A stretch of DNA of 63,783 nucleotides, the filler included, from Phoronis australis (taxonomy: Eukaryota; Animalia; Phoronida), in assembly GCA_002633005.1 (NCBI GenBank). It is 5 parts of 5 records of this genome, joined end to end, with 100 filler letters (N's around TTAATTAATTAA, not from the genome) between each part and the next. Parts side by side here need not be neighbours in the genome. Positions count along the whole stretch, not along the records: positions 59,906 to 62,579 come from NMRA01003505.1; positions 62,680 to 63,783 come from NMRA01000274.1; 3 more parts are not named here. One strand, given 5' to 3'. This document shows, one piece after another, positions 60,866-63,783 of the stretch (position 1 is its first letter; each line of letters opens with the position of its first letter). The translations under genes were made by a program, and so were the position numbers. The notes under the pieces are model-generated. The model was not told where the DNA came from, made no database searches, and was given only the letters and a program-made list of their open reading frames with translations.

Positions 60866-61972
60866 GTGTTTTAGTGGTCGCACACTCTATGGCACCGCAG
60901 TACTTACAGGATGGAGTAGTGTATGTCTAGTCGCGTATATACTGACATCTAACGGGGGGTTTGTGGTCAACTCCGTCCTCATGTTCTTGGCGGGAGCTTT
61001 CAACTGTGGACCTGACATAGTTTTAAGTAAGTATATAGGATAATGTTCCAACCAGTTCAAAGAGCGTTAGGAACCAGTCAACCACAAGTTGGAACTTTGG
61101 TTATTGTCTGCTAGACATCAGACGATCACTTCGTAGTTGACGCGCTTAGACCAGTCTTCAGTATACCTGCTAACTATGTGTGTTTTTTCCCGATCCCAAC
61201 AATAACCAAGGCACACAAATTAAAGTCAATTTCATAGTCAGTGATTTTACACAAAAAACCCGGATGGCGGGTACGCTGGGAAATTCTGCTGCCTTAATTA
61301 GCATACATGAATATTCAGCAATTTGCATGTTGAAAAGCACAGTAGCCCACGCAGTTTTACGGACATAACTGAGTGCTTGTGTTGGTTTACAAAGATGTTT
61401 TGCGACCAGTCTGTGACCCTTGAATAACAACAACCCTAATTTTGTATCTGCGGTATGAACGGCGTCACTATTTTGTAGGTGGATCGTTTCCAGCTAAATT
61501 GGGTGAAATGGATAATCGCAATGCAGCGGCCTCTGTAGTCGGGTTTGTAAATGGTAAGTAAAAACTTTCTGTTGTTCTCCTTTTTGTTTGTAAATTTTTG
61601 CAAAGATTTGCGACCTGTGTTTACAACATTGCGTTTAGGAAAAATAACTTCAATCATTGTTATGGCATTACTACTCACAAAACGTAACGTTTTAAGTAAT
61701 CTTCAGAAAATTCGTGATTATTGGTTTTCAGTTCAGTTTTTATGGCTTGTTTTCCAGGTTTCGGCACCATAGGGACAGTGATCGAGGGACCGATAATAGG
61801 TATTATTTCTGACATGTACGGCTGGTCGGGCATGTTTGTCTTTATGATACTGCTGTCCGTGATCGGCACGTTAGGCACGCTAAGAGCTGCCTATATATTC
61901 GAGAGAAGGAAGATCGTCAGCGTAGCAGACTTGACCGGTAATAAAGACACGTCCAGCGTGGGTGACGTGTAG
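60866..61972 (+). CDS. Last three exons of an SLC37/GlpT-UhpC-type MFS sugar-phosphate/glycerol-3-phosphate transporter
   Basis: Exons 60866-61026, 61479-61553 and 61758-61972: ...LMFLAGAFNCGPDIVL-SGSFPAKLGEMDNRNAAASVVGFVN-GFGTIGTVIEGPIIGIISDMYGWSGMF...*. Upstream exons are presumably lost in the 59806-59905 gap. Confidence 0.82.
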
Positions 61973-62774
61973 TAAACCGGAGTAAAGGGATAAAGTGTCC
62001 ATCTTACCTCTGTATCCGTTCGGACAACCTGTGGGTTTAACTCTGTATCCGTTCGGACAACCTGTGGGTCGTGCCGGTGGTTTTCACTTGAAGTGAATCT
62101 CTATTTCAAACAATGAAATCAAGTATATCTTTGGAAATTTAGTGGGGGACTTTGGTGCGTTTCGTATGGCTTTATTGTGTTTATGTTTTGGTATTTTGTA
62201 AACGTTTACATTTAATGTAATACTGAATAAAATGGTGAAAGTTAAGCTTGCTGTTGTCAATGGAAATGTCTTATGCGAATATCGCGATGGTTTGAACACG
62301 AAACTACTTGACCTTTTTGATGCACAGAATTCGCAAAATTTAACATAACGCGAAATCCCTCTTTCATGCTAAGTGATACAGGGCTTGGAACTTTCCTCCA
62401 TTAAGAATATTTCCTCGTTTTTGGTTTCGATTTTCTCTTATTAGATTTCCTATTTCCTCTTTTTGCGCCTCTTTTCATCATTATTTTGATTTTATTCATG
62501 CGAAAACTTAAAGTTTACAACACAAAATCTATCACACAAGCCTATGTATTTGTGTAACGATACATCACCTGAAAAATTTNNNNNNNNNNNNNNNNNNNNN
62601 NNNNNNNNNNNNNNNNNNNNNNNTTAATTAATTAANNNNNNNNNNNNNNNNNNNNNNNNNNNNNNNNNNNNNNNNNNNNAAAACATTTTCACCAGTATTT
62701 CACAGGACAGGGAATTTGTATTCATGTGGCGAAAGAAAATACACTGATACGATATATCAAAAATTTCAATTTCT

Positions 62775-62806
62775 GCGTGTGTGTGCGTGTGTGTGTGTGT
62801 GCGTGC
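62775..62806. repeat. (TG)n/(TGCG) microsatellite
   Basis: gcgtgtgtgtgcgtgtgtgtgtgtgtgcgtgc. Confidence 0.8.
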
Positions 62807-63550
62807 CTGTGCTAAAGAGAAGTGCGGAAAGTGCGTTTGACCGTGTGTCGTGACTAATTTTTGTCTCAGTCCGCTTGTAAGAACATAAAATGTAGCTGGT
62901 AGTTTGGATCCCTAGTATAGGTGTCTACTTCAATCAACTCTAGAGTTCAATCTGGGTTAGGTGATGGTTAGGCCTGTTGTATTTTTATATTCAAAAAGTA
63001 AAATTCCCATTTTTAAAAAGCATCTATAGCTTGATGCGAAAGTCAATACCATAAAAGATCATTACTTTACGATGAAATTAAAACCATCTCTTATCTCCAT
63101 ATAATGCTAGTTGGGAAGTTAGGTGACGGTTATTTGAATTAGAGTTTTTTTGTCTTTTTATTCATGAAATAAATTTCCCATTTTGAAAAACTCATGTACA
63201 GCTTGGTACGAAAGTCAATGTCACAAAAGATTAAGTGTTGACGAACGAAGTAAAATTCGGATGTGCGTTGGCCGAGCGTACGCGGTCCAACGGTTAATGA
63301 CTGAGGTGATGAAAATTTTTGGAGACATAGTGAATTCAGCTTACGTAAAAATGGCGCCTTTTTACGTCATCTAAGCATTAGGGGAATTTCCGACCGTTAT
63401 AATTTATGGTGAAGGGAACAAGGAAAACAAGCGACGACGTCATGATGACGTTTTGTCACGGTTTCGTGCTGTGTGAGTGAAGGCTCCTCTCAGTCTAAAA
63501 CCGTGAGGTGAACGAGGAGGAGTCAGCGTCGTAAGAGATACACGGTGCTA

Positions 63551-63726
63551 GTATATATAGATTATTACATGGCGAAGTCGTTATCCCCCGTTATCTAGAG
63601 CCCGAGTGGATTTTGTAGAACTATCGCCCGAGGGGCGTTAGCCCCGAGGGTGATAATTCTACAAAATCCACGAGGGCTCTAGATAAGGGGGATAACGACT
63701 GAGAACATGCAATAATCTATTTATAC
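63551..63726 (+). repeat. 176-bp long hairpin with tandem GA mismatches (possible Crypton-type element end)
   Basis: Paired blocks ATAGATTATT/AATAATCTAT, AGTCGTTATCCCCC/GGGGGATAACGACT, TTATCTAGAGCCC/GGGCTCTAGATAA, GTGGATTTTGTAGAA/TTCTACAAAATCCAC, and GGGGC-GTTA-GCCCC loop. Confidence 0.85.
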
Positions 63727-63783
63727 CACATACTAAACGAGAAACATTGCAATGAATCGATCTACCTTTCTCGACTCGCCTCG

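Noticed and set aside
32017-61972. Lipid-synthesis cluster (WS/DGAT-like gene plus G3P-type transporter)
   Set aside because: The genes are separated by an unrelated gene and a scaffold gap, and the WS/DGAT lacks catalytic residues. There is no evidence beyond proximity.
62008-62069. Two-copy 33-bp tandem duplication downstream of the transporter stop codon
   Set aside because: Simple local duplication with no sign of function.

Overview
Eukaryotic (animal, probably invertebrate) draft-assembly DNA, so the prokaryote-style ORF track mostly shows exons or noise. Bases 1-28 kb are a nested transposon and repeat region. It holds two decayed Gypsy LTR retrotransposons and a TAG...CTA long-TIR DNA element with a 9-bp TSD inserted in the first one's LTR. 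It also holds a ~670-bp satellite folded into a giant inverted repeat and interrupted by a T-tailed, RNase H-bearing LINE. Further on are a ~195-bp satellite, an orphan EB1/MAPRE exon, a STAMBP/AMSH JAMM-domain pseudogene and an internally deleted Academ-like transposon. Bases 31-62 kb contain three spliced genes that I reconstructed by hand. (1) A + strand WS/DGAT (wax-ester synthase)-fold membrane protein has lost both HHxxxDG histidines and gained a coiled-coil/Ser-rich tail via a GC-AG intron. (2) A - strand 332-aa RWD-RWD-RING-H2 putative E3 ligase has a predicted uORF whose stop overlaps the main start (TGATG). (3) The 3' exons of an SLC37/GlpT-type MFS transporter lie on the + strand. 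Introns carry many MITEs, including a Helentron-type element with a ~145-bp-spaced array of CTCF-like motifs. The window ends in a 176-bp hairpin with tandem GA mismatches. Several apparent duplications next to single Ns are probably uncollapsed haplotypes. All calls come from manual reading; no searches were run.
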